Assembly: GCA_011109175.1 (NCBI GenBank)
Contig: RDEW01000018.1
Span: 417,091-481,090, forward strand
From: Dicyema japonicum
Taxonomy: Eukaryota > Animalia > Dicyemida
DNA: 64,000 bases
Direction: 5' to 3'
The notes beneath the pieces are model-generated. The model was not told where the DNA came from. It saw only the letters and a program-made list of their open reading frames with translations, and searched no databases. The translations under genes were made by a program, and so were the position numbers. Positions 1 to 12,628 of this stretch are shown in pieces; the first letter of the stretch is position 1; each line of letters begins with the position of its first letter.

Positions 1-947
1 ACAGGTGCACGGAACGGTTCCTTTTCAGCTTGCATAGTAAATCAATTTGTGAACAGAACTTTATGGTTGACTGGCTTTTTTTGGTTAAGCGGTTTGATTA
101 GGAAATCGACAGAGATAGGCTAAACGGCTTTATGTATTCCATTGGGTAATAAGGAAATTGCTAGATTATATTAGACACAAAATAATAAAATCAAATAAAA
201 TTGATTCATTTTTTAAAATTATTTTATTTATTTACTTCCAGTCCCTTTAAGTGAGGGAAACATGTAGCTAATATAACGTAACTACCGATGACGGACGTTC
301 CCAAGTTTAATGTGGGTCACCTGTTCGTGGAGAAAACTGCATTGTAGCCAACAAGCCTACACTCCCTCGTTTACAAAGCAACTATTTATTAGTTAGCTTG
401 ATAACGGCTACGAGTGCCAAGTTTACGTCCCCAGTTCCTTTCTAAAATCATTTCTGTGAAGGGAAATAGATGCTCTACTTTGTGAAATTTATTAATTGGA
501 GTAATCGATAATCAAATTCAATAAATAATGTTTGGTAACATTTTTTGGTTGATAATGACAGGATAAATAAAATGTGTTTAAACTTGTTTTTATTACTTAA
601 ATTTATTAAACTTTAATGATTTAAAATTTAATATTTAATTATTAAATGGTCGACCAAATTGGTGGGAAAAAAATAAAATAAAATACCAATTAAGAATATT
701 GCCGCTCAGGCTATTTTGGCCTAATTATTTCTGTATGTTACCTCATAAATATAGAGCTGCGACTTATTTACAGACTATGTAGCTATAGTATCGGGTAAAC
801 TGATTGACATTCGGACTTTAATTAAACTTATTACATTTAATTGCGTTACCAAGCATTTATAAAAGTTTGTCTGAATTGATCGAACTTAAATATTAAAACC
901 GCAAATTCGCTATCGTTTATATTTTATTGAATTAGATTTCCCGCTAA

Positions 948-3900
948 ATGATTGAAACCCAGACATTTTCTAAGGATGGATTCATAGCTAGCATAAAAAA
1001 TCAGTTCGATGACCTCATTGCGGATTATGAAACTGCATGTGACAATTACAAGACAGAAAGAAAAAGCTGGGAGGACCAACTCACCCAGGCGAATCGAGAA
1101 AAGAAGCAAATGCAGTATTTATACTTTTTTATTAACAAATGAATGTTCATTTAGTCTGTATAGGGAGTTAATCAACGAATTGGAGGTCAAATGCGCTAAT
1201 AATGAGAATAATCAGGATCTCCTAAACAACAAGGAGATTGAACTTGCCAACTGTCAAAAGATGGTGGAAGGACAACTTGATTTCATCAATAAAGTCACTG
1301 AATTACAAATGGTGACTATTTTGGCCATATTTGTAGGCAGAGTCCGATAACTACGTAGCTAAAGTCAACAAGGAGGAAATCACATTTTTGAGGGATCAGA
1401 ATGATATTTTGAGACAGGAGGAGGCCAGAATGAAGAATCAGATCAGGGTTCAGTCGAAAACTGCGGAAGACTGTTATATCAAAGTAAGATTGAGCTAATA
1501 ATTTCCAGAATGTTAAGTGCAATCAAAAAATCCACGAAATGGATGCTACTAACGTGGAATACAGGAGACAGAATAAGATCATGGAGTCGACAGTCCAAGT
1601 CATTATTAATGAGATTTTGTTAGAAATACAGCTCTGCCATTGAGGAACTGCAAAAATCTAAAATTGTCATTTACAAATTATTTCTATCGCTGTATGATAA
1701 TGTGCCTGACCGTTCTTTCGAAGACATCGAGGGATACAAAAATCTCACAAAGGAGGACTTGATTAACATGATTCTCAGTCTGCAGGCTGAGAACCAACTA
1801 TTGAAAAAAAGGCAAAATAGTGAACAAAGCGCCAAAAATAGTTCAAACTTTTATTATATTTAGACGAAAGTGTTAAAGACTTCAACAAAGAGGCCAATTC
1901 ATTTGAAAAAGACATAAGGATCATCGTGAATGACCAAGAACCTGAGGATGACTTCTCAGCAAGGGCATACATGTGTGAAATAGAGTCCCTCAAAGTATTG
2001 TGTCTAGAAATAATTTAGACTGAGCTCACGAGGAGTCAGGAAAACGTGGAAGGTATTTTTGATAAAACATAATTAGACTGCGAACGGGACATTTTGTATT
2101 TCACTCAACAAGTGACCGACCTGCAAGTAAGAGTCGGGTGAAACGATATAGAACGAAAAATACGAATTGGAGGCAAGATTGGCTGACTTTGAGGACTTTG
2201 AGGTATTGATGGAGGAGAATAAAAATTTGAAATCAAATTTAAATGGAAAAAGTCAGTTAAACGAGAACCTCAGGGCAGAGATCTTATCTAATCGCCAAAG
2301 CGTAGATAAGCTGATAATTCTTAGATATCACAACTGGAAAGTAAATTAAAAACCCTCAAATCAGAAAAGGAGGAGGTTTTACAGAATTTTAACGATTTGG
2401 AAGTCAAGTACTTGTTCTGCCTGAAGGAAATGGAACAATCACAAAATTCGACGAGTGAGTTAGAGAAGCAAAACCGCATACTTGAAGTTAAGAGTTTTTT
2501 AACTGTGTAGGCTGAAAGAAAGATGCTTTTAGAGCAATCGAATAGTTCCAAGGGTCGAGATGATGAATATGTACTTTGATTACTCATTCAAGACATATTC
2601 GTTGGAATCTGGTATCTCTGAGTGGAAGCAAGAGTTCGAGAGAATGAACAATCTCCTCCATGATTCAATGTCCAAAAATGAGGACTTGTTGTCGAAAATT
2701 CAGCAACTTAGTGACCAATTGAAGTCCGCAGAACTCTATTCCAAGAAACTCAAGGTCCGATTATAAATTCATTTTTAACAGGAGGACAATGAAGTGTTTA
2801 GAAAACGACTAGAGGAGGCAAAGTCTCTAAACAAACAGCTCGCTAGAGAAAACGAACTAACCAAAGAAAATGTAAGAAAAATATTTCATCAAGAATCTAA
2901 ATAATGACGCAAAAATCCACGAACTTGAAACTATCATACACGAATTGTCTCGAATACAAAAGGAAAATCTCTACCAGTCACAAGTGATGAGTTTATAACA
3001 TTTCAGGAGACAGACATGGGGAATGTTTATCACGATTACTCCTCGGTTTGCGTTTTAAGCATTTTAGATGATAATGTCCTCTATTCCTGAGGTAGAAGAA
3101 GAGTATTACAACGAAAATGACGTAAATAAAGAAAACCCCAAAGACATGGAAGTTCTAGAAAGAATTAAAGCGGAGGTAAGGCTGTTTGCGTAAGTAGAAT
3201 TTGGAACTAAAAGAACAACTCAGTGACTCGGAGTTGAGAAGTAAAAATCTACTGGAGGATCTAAATTCTAAATTGGACGAATATGATGAACTATTAGATG
3301 TTCTAAATAAACAGGGGATAAAACTAAATGAAGTTGAAGAAACCAACAAATCCCTCAACACAAAAGTGGAAGAACTACAGAACCAATTGGTTGACTCTTT
3401 TTCTATGGTTGTTGACTAGTGAGATTATTCTCTAGATTTGTTCACTAAAGGACGAGAATGAGTCGTCAGCTCGTCAGAACCTCGATGTTACGATTCTGCT
3501 AATTTATAGAATTCCAAAGTCTCAGGAGTTTGCCCATATTCCGATAAAGATGTGAAAATCATCATTTCAGAAGATGCCGATACGTCGAACAATCTTATAA
3601 ACGAGGTACCTCGAGTTTTAAGGAACTCAGAATATGGAACTAAGAGACCAACTAAACACCTATTCAATGAAGGTGGAAGAATTAATGATGGACCTTAATT
3701 CGAACGAAAATAACTATAATGAGTTGAAGAGCTCTCTGAATGACCAAATCGGTGAGTTAAATGCGAAAATCAACGAGAAAGATCAAATCAACAAATCTTT
3801 AAATTACGAGATTTATCGACTCCAAGGCATGTTGGACGATTATGAGAATAAAGTTACAATTTTATACATTTCAGGCAAATACGACAGGGGAAGAAAATAA

Positions 3901-6900
3901 AGCACAAAGTGAGGTATCCAAGGTTCACCAGATTGTGGAGGAAAATGAAACCGACAGCTCAGAAGAAGAAGAGGTAATTTTGGAATGTCAATCAGATTGA
4001 GAAATTAAGGGAACAGTTGGATTCGTCGTCTCAAAAAATAAAAGATCTGATGGCAGAAATGAATTCGCTGGAAAACGACTATATTGAATTATCTGATAAT
4101 CTTAACAAAGAAATAGACGAATTAAATGTAAATATAACCGAAAAGGATAAAGCTAATCAACTCCTCTTTGACGAACTAAACGAACAGAAAGATCAGTTAG
4201 AAAAATACGAGGCTTTGGTTGTGTCATCAAGTTTTATATTTTAGATAAGTACTTTGATGGAGAAAAACAAATCTTTTTCAGAAGTGGAAAGAAAAATGGA
4301 TCAGGTTAGAACCATTTAGTTATTACAGGACTCAAAACAATCGGATGTTTGTCTACATAAAGAAAAAGATATAAAAATAATTTTTTCAGACTTTGAGAGC
4401 ACGTCATTCAATGTAACAGAAGAGGTATGTGATTTTAGTTTATTTTAGAACGGGGAATTAAGAAACCAACTAAGTTCACTTTTGACAACTGTTGAAAATC
4501 TTAAGAGCAATTTAAATACAAGAGAAGCTGACTATAATGAACTTTCAGAGTCCTTGAACTGCAGAATTGATGAATTAAATGTAAATATTGCGGAAAGGGA
4601 AAAAACAAACCTACTCCTTTTTGATGAAAATAACAGACAGAAAGATCAGTTAGAAAAATATGAGGATTTGGTAGTGAAATCAAGTTTTATATGTTAGATA
4701 AGCAATTTGATGGAGAAAAACAAATCTTTTACAGAAATGGAAAGAAATTTAAATCAGGTTACAAACTTTTAATTACCATAGGAGTCAGAACAATCTGATG
4801 TCTATCGAGAAAAGGATGTGAAAATTATTTTTTCAGACGAGGATGGCACCTCCAATGAGGTAGTTGATATTTGGTTAATACTAGAACGCGGAATTAAGAA
4901 ACCAACTAAATTCCCTTTTGGTGACAGTAGAAGATCTTAGGGGCAACCTAAATACACGAGAAACTGATTATAATGAACTTTCAGACGCCTTAAACGACAA
5001 AATATTGGAATTAAATGAAAATATAGCCGAAAAAGAAAAAGTCAACAAACTTCTTTTTGATGAAATAAACGAACAGAAAGATATGTTGAATGACTATGAG
5101 ACTATGGTTGTGATATCAAGGTTTTTACGTTAGATAAAAACATTAACTGATGAAAACAAATCTTTTTCAGAAATGAAAAGAAAAACGGAGCAGGTAGAAA
5201 CGATTTAATTACCACAGGAGTCAGAACAATCTGATGTCTCTCTCAATCGAGAAAAGGATGTGAAAATTATTTTTTCTGACGAGGATAGCACTTATTTCAC
5301 TTTGAATAAAGAGGTGGTTGATTTTGGTATATGCTAGAACGCGGAGTTAAGAAACCAACTAAATTCTCTTTTGGTGACAGTAGAAGATCTTAGGGGCAAC
5401 CTAAATACACGAGAAACTGACTTTGTTGAACTTTCAGAGGTTTTAAACGGGAGAATTAACGAATTAAATGAAAACATTACCGAGAAAGAAAAAATCAACA
5501 AACTTCTTTCTGATGAAATAAACTGCCAGAAAGATCAGTTACAGGAATATGAAGCAATGGTTGTGATATCTAGTCTTTTACTTCAGATTGATACTTTAAC
5601 GGAGGAAAAAAAATCCTCAGAAATTGAAAGAAAAACGGATCAGGTTACATCCATTTATTTATTATAGCAGCCGGAGCAATCTGATGCTTGTCTCAATCGA
5701 GAAAAGGATGTGAAAATTATTTTTTCTGACGACGATGGCACCTCTAATGAGGTAGTTGACATTTGGTTTATACTAGAACACGGAATTAAGAAACCAACTA
5801 AATTTCCTCTTGGTGACAGTAGAAGATCTTAAGGAAGACCTAAATACACGAGAAACTGACTATAATGAACTCTCGGAGTCTCTGAACGGCAGAATTACTG
5901 AATTAAATGAAATTATCAAACAAAATGAGGAAACCATAGCATCGCTCAATGATAAAATTAAAGAACTACAACTCAATTGGTTTTAAAATAAATATATTTT
6001 AGAAGGACTAAATGAGAAATCAATTCGGGAACAGAATTTGAAATCAATGGCCGTAAATGTGGGATCAACTCAGGAACAGAATTTGAAATCGGGACCAATA
6101 CTCGTTTAGTGAAAAAATAATTTTAAGGAATACGAGAATATCGAGCCATTCGTTCAAAAGGACATAAAAATTATCATTTCCGACGTTGAAGAATCCAATG
6201 ATAACTTTAAAGAGATTCAGAAAGAATTGGAGCAGATAATTTCCAAGCTATCCTACGATTTGGAATGTAAAGAATCTGAAATTAAAGTTATTTGTCAATA
6301 TTTTTGCTAGGACCTGCAGGAAAAGTTGGAATTAACAACCAAAGATGCTCAAGTTCGCTTGAAACTCATTTTAGGAGCTTTCGATACTCAAGAACATTGA
6401 ATTTTCGAATAAAATGGAGAATGAGGCGATGAGGGAGGAAATTAGTTATTTGGAAAACACAATTCGCCTTAATAAGGAAGAAATTTCTGTATTAAAGATC
6501 TCTGACGTTTAGGAACTGAGATGCCAATTTGGCGAGACCGTGAAGGAGTTGAACGACCTGAAAAATAGAAACGAACAAATGAAGACTGATTATGCAAACT
6601 ACGAGACCCTACTTTTGGAAAAGGGAAATGAAAACATTCTGCTAATAACTGATTTTAATAAAATCTCAGCAAACTATGATGAAGTCTGCCAGAACTTCCA
6701 AAAATCTAAACTCCTCTTGGACGACAAGGATAATCAAATTGATGTTGTCCTTCTAAATAATTTAGAAATTCAACAATGAGATTGAATACTACAAGGATAA
6801 ACTGCGGGAATGTGATGTCATCATTGACCTAACGAAATCCCAACTACGAGAAGCCAATGCTGAATTGGAGGAGCAGAAACAGGCTAATAAAGTATAGTTT

Positions 6901-9791
6901 ACATTAAAACCAAAGAATTCTCAAAATGACCAAGCTATAACATTAGAGCACACATTGTCGACATCACGTGAAGAATATGAGGCTGAGTTAGAACGGAGAA
7001 TGGATTTTATCACAGTTTGCTTATTTTAACATTTGAAAGGAGTTGACTCTCCAAAGAACGAGTTTGGATAACTCCAATAAGCTCCAAGCCGATCAAATTG
7101 AGACGTTAAAGAAGGAACTGTCAGAGAAAGAGGAAGAACTAAACGTTCAACGATGATTTGATTTTCTAGAACATGCAGAATGATTTTGATACTTTATGTG
7201 GGGACTTTAATGACGTGAAGGTGTCTCTGGAAGTTGTTAACGCCAAACTGAAAGAACGAGAAGATGAAATATGCGACCAAGAAAAGGTTGTCGTGCTATT
7301 TGTGATCACAGGAATTCATGAACGTTGCAAAAATGGAAAAAGACTTTCAGGAGTCCCAGCTAAGATTGAAGAAGGAAGTAGAAGTTTTGACATCTCAGAG
7401 TGAAGCTAAAGCCTGGGATATTAAAGTTACAGTAAATATTTACATAGAAATTCAAATCCGTTGTACGTGACCTCGAAGGGAGGCTAGAAAAGCTGATCAA
7501 AAGCAAAGAGAATGAAACCGAGTCCCGGAACTTAGAAACTGAGGTTAACGACTATCTTACGCCAGGGGTTACTATCAATCCACAAAGAAATGGAGGAAAC
7601 GTTGAAAAAAACAGTGTTCAAGTTGAAACAGGAGTTAGAAAGTAAAGATAAGTTACTGAGGGTACGGTCAGTCATGACACAAATAGATGATCAATAATAA
7701 TTCAGAGATTTTTGAGCAGAGGCTGGCGTCCGTCCTCCAATCAAATAGCTCTTTGAAAAGCGAATTGAGTGAAGCAACGGGGGAGTTGAATGTACAGACT
7801 GACGATATTAATGTCTGCCGGACTTAATTTCTTAGACGTTGTACGCTGAGTATGAAGCCGTGGAGAGGGAAAACCAAATTCTCGAATCCTCGAGGAATTT
7901 CCTTGAAAGTGAACTCGCCAATATACGAAAGAGGATTGAGACAAGAATGTCTAATAAATCTCCAATTCTGAAGGACATTGAGATTATATTGGATGTTGTG
8001 ATAAAATCTAAACAAAATAGACGAGACCTTCCCTCGAAAAGAGAGTTACCTTTTCGGAAGACGAGACCCGTTTGGAAGCAGCCAGACCTGACCTTGAAGA
8101 AGACGCTGAACTCGGTATTTCTATTTTAAAACTGGTAGCCACCAACTGGACTTTCACAAAGTCTTCATATCAACCTCTGTGGCTTAAGGACAAAAATGGG
8201 ATGTTTGTAAAGTATTTAAACCTCATTTCGAACTTGGAGAGCGAAAATAGAGTAAAAGAGGTAAATATCTCTTAGAACCTCGTCAAGCAAATAGCGGACG
8301 ATGACGAGAAGGTCAACTCATACTTGGTTTTGAATAAAAATCATAGTTAGGCCAATTTAGCGGATTTACATAAGGAAATGAGCAATTTGAAAGCGAGCTT
8401 GAGGGTAAAAGAAGAGGAGATTGGCTCTATTCGCAAAAAGTCAACAAACGTGGCTGAAATGGAGCAAATCGTTACTGTCCCTATTATTGTAGTTGAATGA
8501 ATACAGGAGACTCAAAAATGACTATGAGACATGCTTCAATGAAAATCAAGCAAACAAGCAAAATTTCATGAATGCCATCAAAAAATATGACTCCAAATGC
8601 GCGAATCTGGTAAATTAGAGGGTCTCTATTTTAGGAGGGGGAAATAATCCAACTACGAAAGCAACTATTCAGGGAACAGAAATACCAGGTTTTGTTTTGT
8701 TTGCATTGAAGATATCCGTGCCCATGAGCATACCGCCTAAGGAATCCGTTAGTATTTGTTACTTAAGCACAGACAATGCCGATCTCCGAGAGAATCCTGC
8801 TGCAGTCAAATTTATTTCTGTCGGGGAAGAAATCAGATGTAGTTCATATTGATATTTGTAGGAATTCAGCAGAATGTCCTCTTTTGATGTTGTTAATTAA
8901 ATGACCGTTTAGTCGAGTGTACGGAGTCCTCAGAGAGGATTGAACGTGAGAAGCAAGGACAGCCAGGTACTGCCAGTTATTAGTTTGCAGAGTAATTTGT
9001 CCAACGTCCCCAAATTTGAAGAGTCGTCAACTTTGAGTAATTTTGCTTATAAGTAGTTTCAGAGTCAACATGGAGTCCTGTGAAAGAAAAGGTGGTTTAT
9101 TGTGGCCTATTTTAGGACGTGGAGATAAAATTTTGCGACGACAAGGTTTCTTTGTGGGGATCTATTTATTAGGATCTGATCCCGGAACCTTCATTCTATA
9201 GTACTTTGACTTCCATGGAAGATCCGAACGATGTTTCTGTGAGAATTTAATTTTCTTACATAAACAGACCCTCAAATCAACTGACGGGGATAAGAAATTA
9301 AAATATTTGCAATCCCCCGTAGAAGACTTAACTACGGAATCTTCCTTTTCTGTAAAATTCAAAAATTGATCATTCATAGAGACTCACGTCCAGAGAAAGT
9401 GAGGCCGAACCACGTGAAACTTGCCCAGTCACAAGTCAACCGCAAACGGAGGTACCTTGAAATCAAATTTAGTCTTTCATCCCCGAGAGGGAGATCGAGA
9501 TAGTGAACAATCTGAGAAATGAGCTGCTAAATCTCAACCAAGAGCATATCGAGGATTATGGTATTTCAGTTTTATTATTCAGAAAATTATGTAAATAAAT
9601 TACTTATAGAACCACCAAACGAATACTCGGAATCGTCTATTCATTCCCAGTCATGGGAGAACATCATGGATGAAGTCGAAAATACTAGTAAATATTATTT
9701 TCATGTTAAAGACGATTCTTCTACAGAATGTTCATGGAGTTCCACCAATGTAACCAAGTCAACCAAGTTTTTCTACTGTGCTAATCCGTAG
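948..9791 (+). CDS. Giant multi-exon coiled-coil protein (~2,400 aa after splicing; centrosomal/golgin/CENP-F-like composition, family not assigned)
   Basis: The ATG at 948 is preceded by an in-frame TAA. I traced an E/K/L/N-rich heptad reading frame through ~60 GT-AG introns of mostly 22-28 nt, e.g. 1841-1863, 8115-8138 and a first intron of 40 nt at 1115-1154, to TAG at 9789-9791. One junction near 5975-6005 cannot be closed in frame with GT-AG. Confidence 0.85.
3197..6200 (+). repeat. Seven tandem ~430-450-bp coding modules (3-4 exons each) inside the coiled-coil gene
   Basis: Exons beginning xxELRxQL recur at ~3197, 3631, 3995, 4449, 4885, 5337 and 5776. They share intron positions, related intron sequences and a D[VI]KII[FI]S[DE] motif. 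Confidence 0.88.
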
Positions 9792-10984
9792 TTTTTAGTG
9801 TCTACCTTCCTGTTAAACTGTTAAATGTTACTATTTATGGTTATAAACTAATATAATGTTAATTATTGTAAGACCACCATTAAATTAAGAGGGGTAGACC
9901 ATCAGCAGATTAAATCTTCGTACAAATTAACTCATTTATTTTTGTAAAAAATAACAGTTAACTGCTAGATGCTATCATAATTAAGAAAGGGTAGATCGGT
10001 TCTCCCATTTTGCCTCGGTGTTTTCCATATCCCATATATTGTTATATTCTCAAGATATATAGTCTAAACCAATGGGGGAGGGACCTCAGTGAAGAAGTCA
10101 AGCTCTCCAAGGCAGGACCTCATGTTTAGCCTTACTTATGTGCGTTATAATTATTGCCTTATAATAAGAAGGTAACATGCTATGAACTGCGTGCCTATCC
10201 TCATGACTAGGGTCTCAAAGGGGGTAGGGTCTTCACTAGGACGGAAAACTTGTTTAGATTTCCACTAACTAAAGGCTGGGAGTAATTGAATTCAACTCAT
10301 GTCGCCACAGTCTCCTTGATGATTTCTCTCAATAAAAATAATATTTCTTGACACTCATTCTCTAGAGTACTCATTACACAGTGAGCCATGAACTATTCGG
10401 TGTTTTTGAGTGAACCAACATTCAAGTCATCCCTCCACCAAAGTTTGGTACTCAAATACTTCTTTGACTTAACGTAACGTCAAGGCGACATGAATATAAT
10501 TGAAAGCATGCTATCAATAATTCATTGTCGAGTATGTATTGCCATGACAACCTGAATGAATTCCGATTAACCAGAGGGATTTCTTGTGAGGAAAGTCTCC
10601 GTGGGAAAAAAGAAAATGATCTTTTAGTTTCTATTAACGAATCGCATACAATGTTCGATACATGGAAGCGACCAACATCGAAAATCTAGATGACTCTGAG
10701 TCAACCTTTGAAAGAGATTCCAGGAGAATCCTACCACAAATCCGCTCAGGAAATTCCGTCTCTGAAATTTGGTTCCCGCAACCTGGCCATCTATTATTAT
10801 CAAATCTTTTCAGGACTAGAGTCATCAATGACTCAAAGAAACTTGTGGAAGCGACCAAAACTCTCAGCTGGAAACTTGATGGGAGTAGATCTCCGACATG
10901 TTAACGAGGTCGAAGTAACTAACTAATTGATTTCAACTACGCTTGATTTCGGGTATCGCATATTATAGAACTGTGCAGTCGAGA

Positions 10985-11248
10985 TTATTATTATCGGAGC
11001 CGTAGAGAACACAAAAAACAAAAAGTCAATTAAGGGTGTGCCGCCTCAATCGCACTTTGTTTCAGTATCATCCAAGGTCCCCTCTTTTTCGCAAGTTCTC
11101 TTATTTCATCGAGATCGTCGGCCGTTTTTAGTTTTCTGCTGACGCCCTTTAATTCTTCATTTAACATAGGTAATGTTGTTCTGGGCCTTCCTTGGAATAA
11201 TCGTCATTGAAATTATTTTCTGGTGCTCTCAAGTCCATCCTAAGTCGA
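10985..11248 (-). mobile_element. RTE-clade LINE 3' fragment
   Basis: The minus strand reads LRMDLRAP...FQGRPRTTLPMLNEELKGVSRKLKTADDLDEIRELA, matching the C-terminus of the RTE copies at 14.5 and 31 kb. It ends in a (TAA)n tail. Confidence 0.72.
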
Positions 11249-11282
11249 GAATTGACTAAGTTTATTTGTTTTATTTTTGACA

Positions 11283-11800
11283 CATGGGGAAAGCCAATAA
11301 GTTTGGATCCGTATTAGGATACAGTGAGGAAATCGTTCGAAGAAAGACCTTTGCTACAACTGTCCTGAACAAAGTTAAATAGAACTGAATGGACAGGAGA
11401 CGATCAAGTGTATCATTCTGACTAAGATATACAACGCCTTTGTTATATTGTAAAATTCGATGCCCAAGGCTGAAGATCTCTGGATAGACTTTAATCTAAG
11501 CACTCAGGATATTGCTCAGACTAAATTAGGAAAAGAATCAACGAGAAAGTTCTATATGGTGTTTGTTCCATTGGTCCTTTGAGTCTCAAGATTACTAATT
11601 TGAGATGGAGTCTCTTTTACATATAGGAAATGGATACTCCCGCTAACATTTCGATGGAGGAATAGAATGGACCACGTTTTATAAATGCTCAGGAGTCACA
11701 CTTTCCAGGATACTTGATGCTGATCTCAAGTATGTAAAAAAATTAAGGGAGGTTGCACACAAACGTGGAAGGTGGACATCTCCAGTGCAAACTAAGCAAT
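11283..11800 (+). mobile_element. Degenerate RTE-clade LINE RT C-terminal fragment
   Basis: Frameshifted pieces WGKANKFGSVLG..EIVRRKTFA, IYNAFV, ITNLRWSLF, PANISMEE and LREVAHKRGRW are colinear with the RTE ORF at 14536-15327. Confidence 0.7.
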
Positions 11801-12628
11801 CTCCTTATCTTTGTTCAGTGTTCCTCGAGGATACCACACACTTCTCGTAGGCTCGAGAAGAGTTCAATTCTCACTATGGTATATTAGGTGGTAGAGTTTA
11901 TCAAAGAAAACGAAAATTTCTTTATTGATCGAATTAATGTATGTAATATTAGAATAAATGCACTTATTGAATGATTATATATTTATTGAATAACCCCGGA
12001 TATACTGGAAAAAGGTTGAGTCAATCTCCAAGTCTTATTTTCCCGCCCTTGTTGTTCTAGAGTGGAACATGTGATTCGCACGCCAATAGAGAGGCATGAA
12101 ATAATGTCAATTACTTTCTTCACTCCACTAGAGGGATCCTAAACCTGCAAAAACTTGATGTTCTCTTTTCTTTCCAGTGGTTATGGATGGATTTAAGTGC
12201 CATTGGACGGATCCTCTGCTTATGCGACCGTGGTAACTGGATACACTTACTGTTAACTCTACCAGTGTAGCCTGGGTTAACAAATGATAACTAATTAAGG
12301 TGAATCCGTTTCCGCGGTCAGATTGAAACACATCCTGTTTAAGCATCGCGTCCATTCATATTCCAGAAAAGATAGATTTTTTTGGATGCCGGCCAGTCAT
12401 TGATCGTCCCCTGAAAATTGACTTTCTTAGGATTTGAAAAGGGACAAGGGAATCCTTAGACCAGGAGGGTAACTGTGTGGAATCGAACCCACGACTCTAG
12501 CACAGCACTAACAACTGTACTTCATCCGTTTACTAATTCACATATCAAAGATCTCCCACATGAAAAAATCACTAAAACTAAGACAAATAAAGAAGTCAAA
12601 GAAAACTCAAATATGAAAATCTACAAAA

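Noticed and set aside
646-840. Small spliced ORF (MVDQI...) upstream of the coiled-coil gene
   Set aside because: Only ~46 aa with no recognisable motif, and it cannot be joined in frame to the ATG at 948, which is preceded by an in-frame stop.
3197-6200. Regularly spaced repeats as a CRISPR-like array
   Set aside because: The units are ~440-bp coding modules with introns and homologous 'spacers'. There are no cas genes and the context is eukaryotic.
948-9791. Stop-codon reassignment (ciliate-type code) explaining the fragmented ORFs
   Set aside because: Stops fall within removable GT-AG micro-introns, and long exons plus TE ORFs are open in the standard code.
11400-11425. GATCAAGTGTA resembling U2 snRNA
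   Set aside because: It lies in frame inside a degenerate RTE coding fragment, and the flanking U2 sequence is absent.
10985-11800. Opposed RTE fragments suggesting a twin-priming 5' inversion
   Set aside because: The two pieces overlap in content (LRMD..PAN..MEE region) but differ strongly in sequence, so they are independent old insertions.
12465-12560. tRNA-like T-arm (GTGGGTTCGATTCCAC) on the minus strand
   Set aside because: The T-loop has only 6 nt in the best pairing, and no acceptor, D or anticodon stems can be formed. At most a SINE-like relic.
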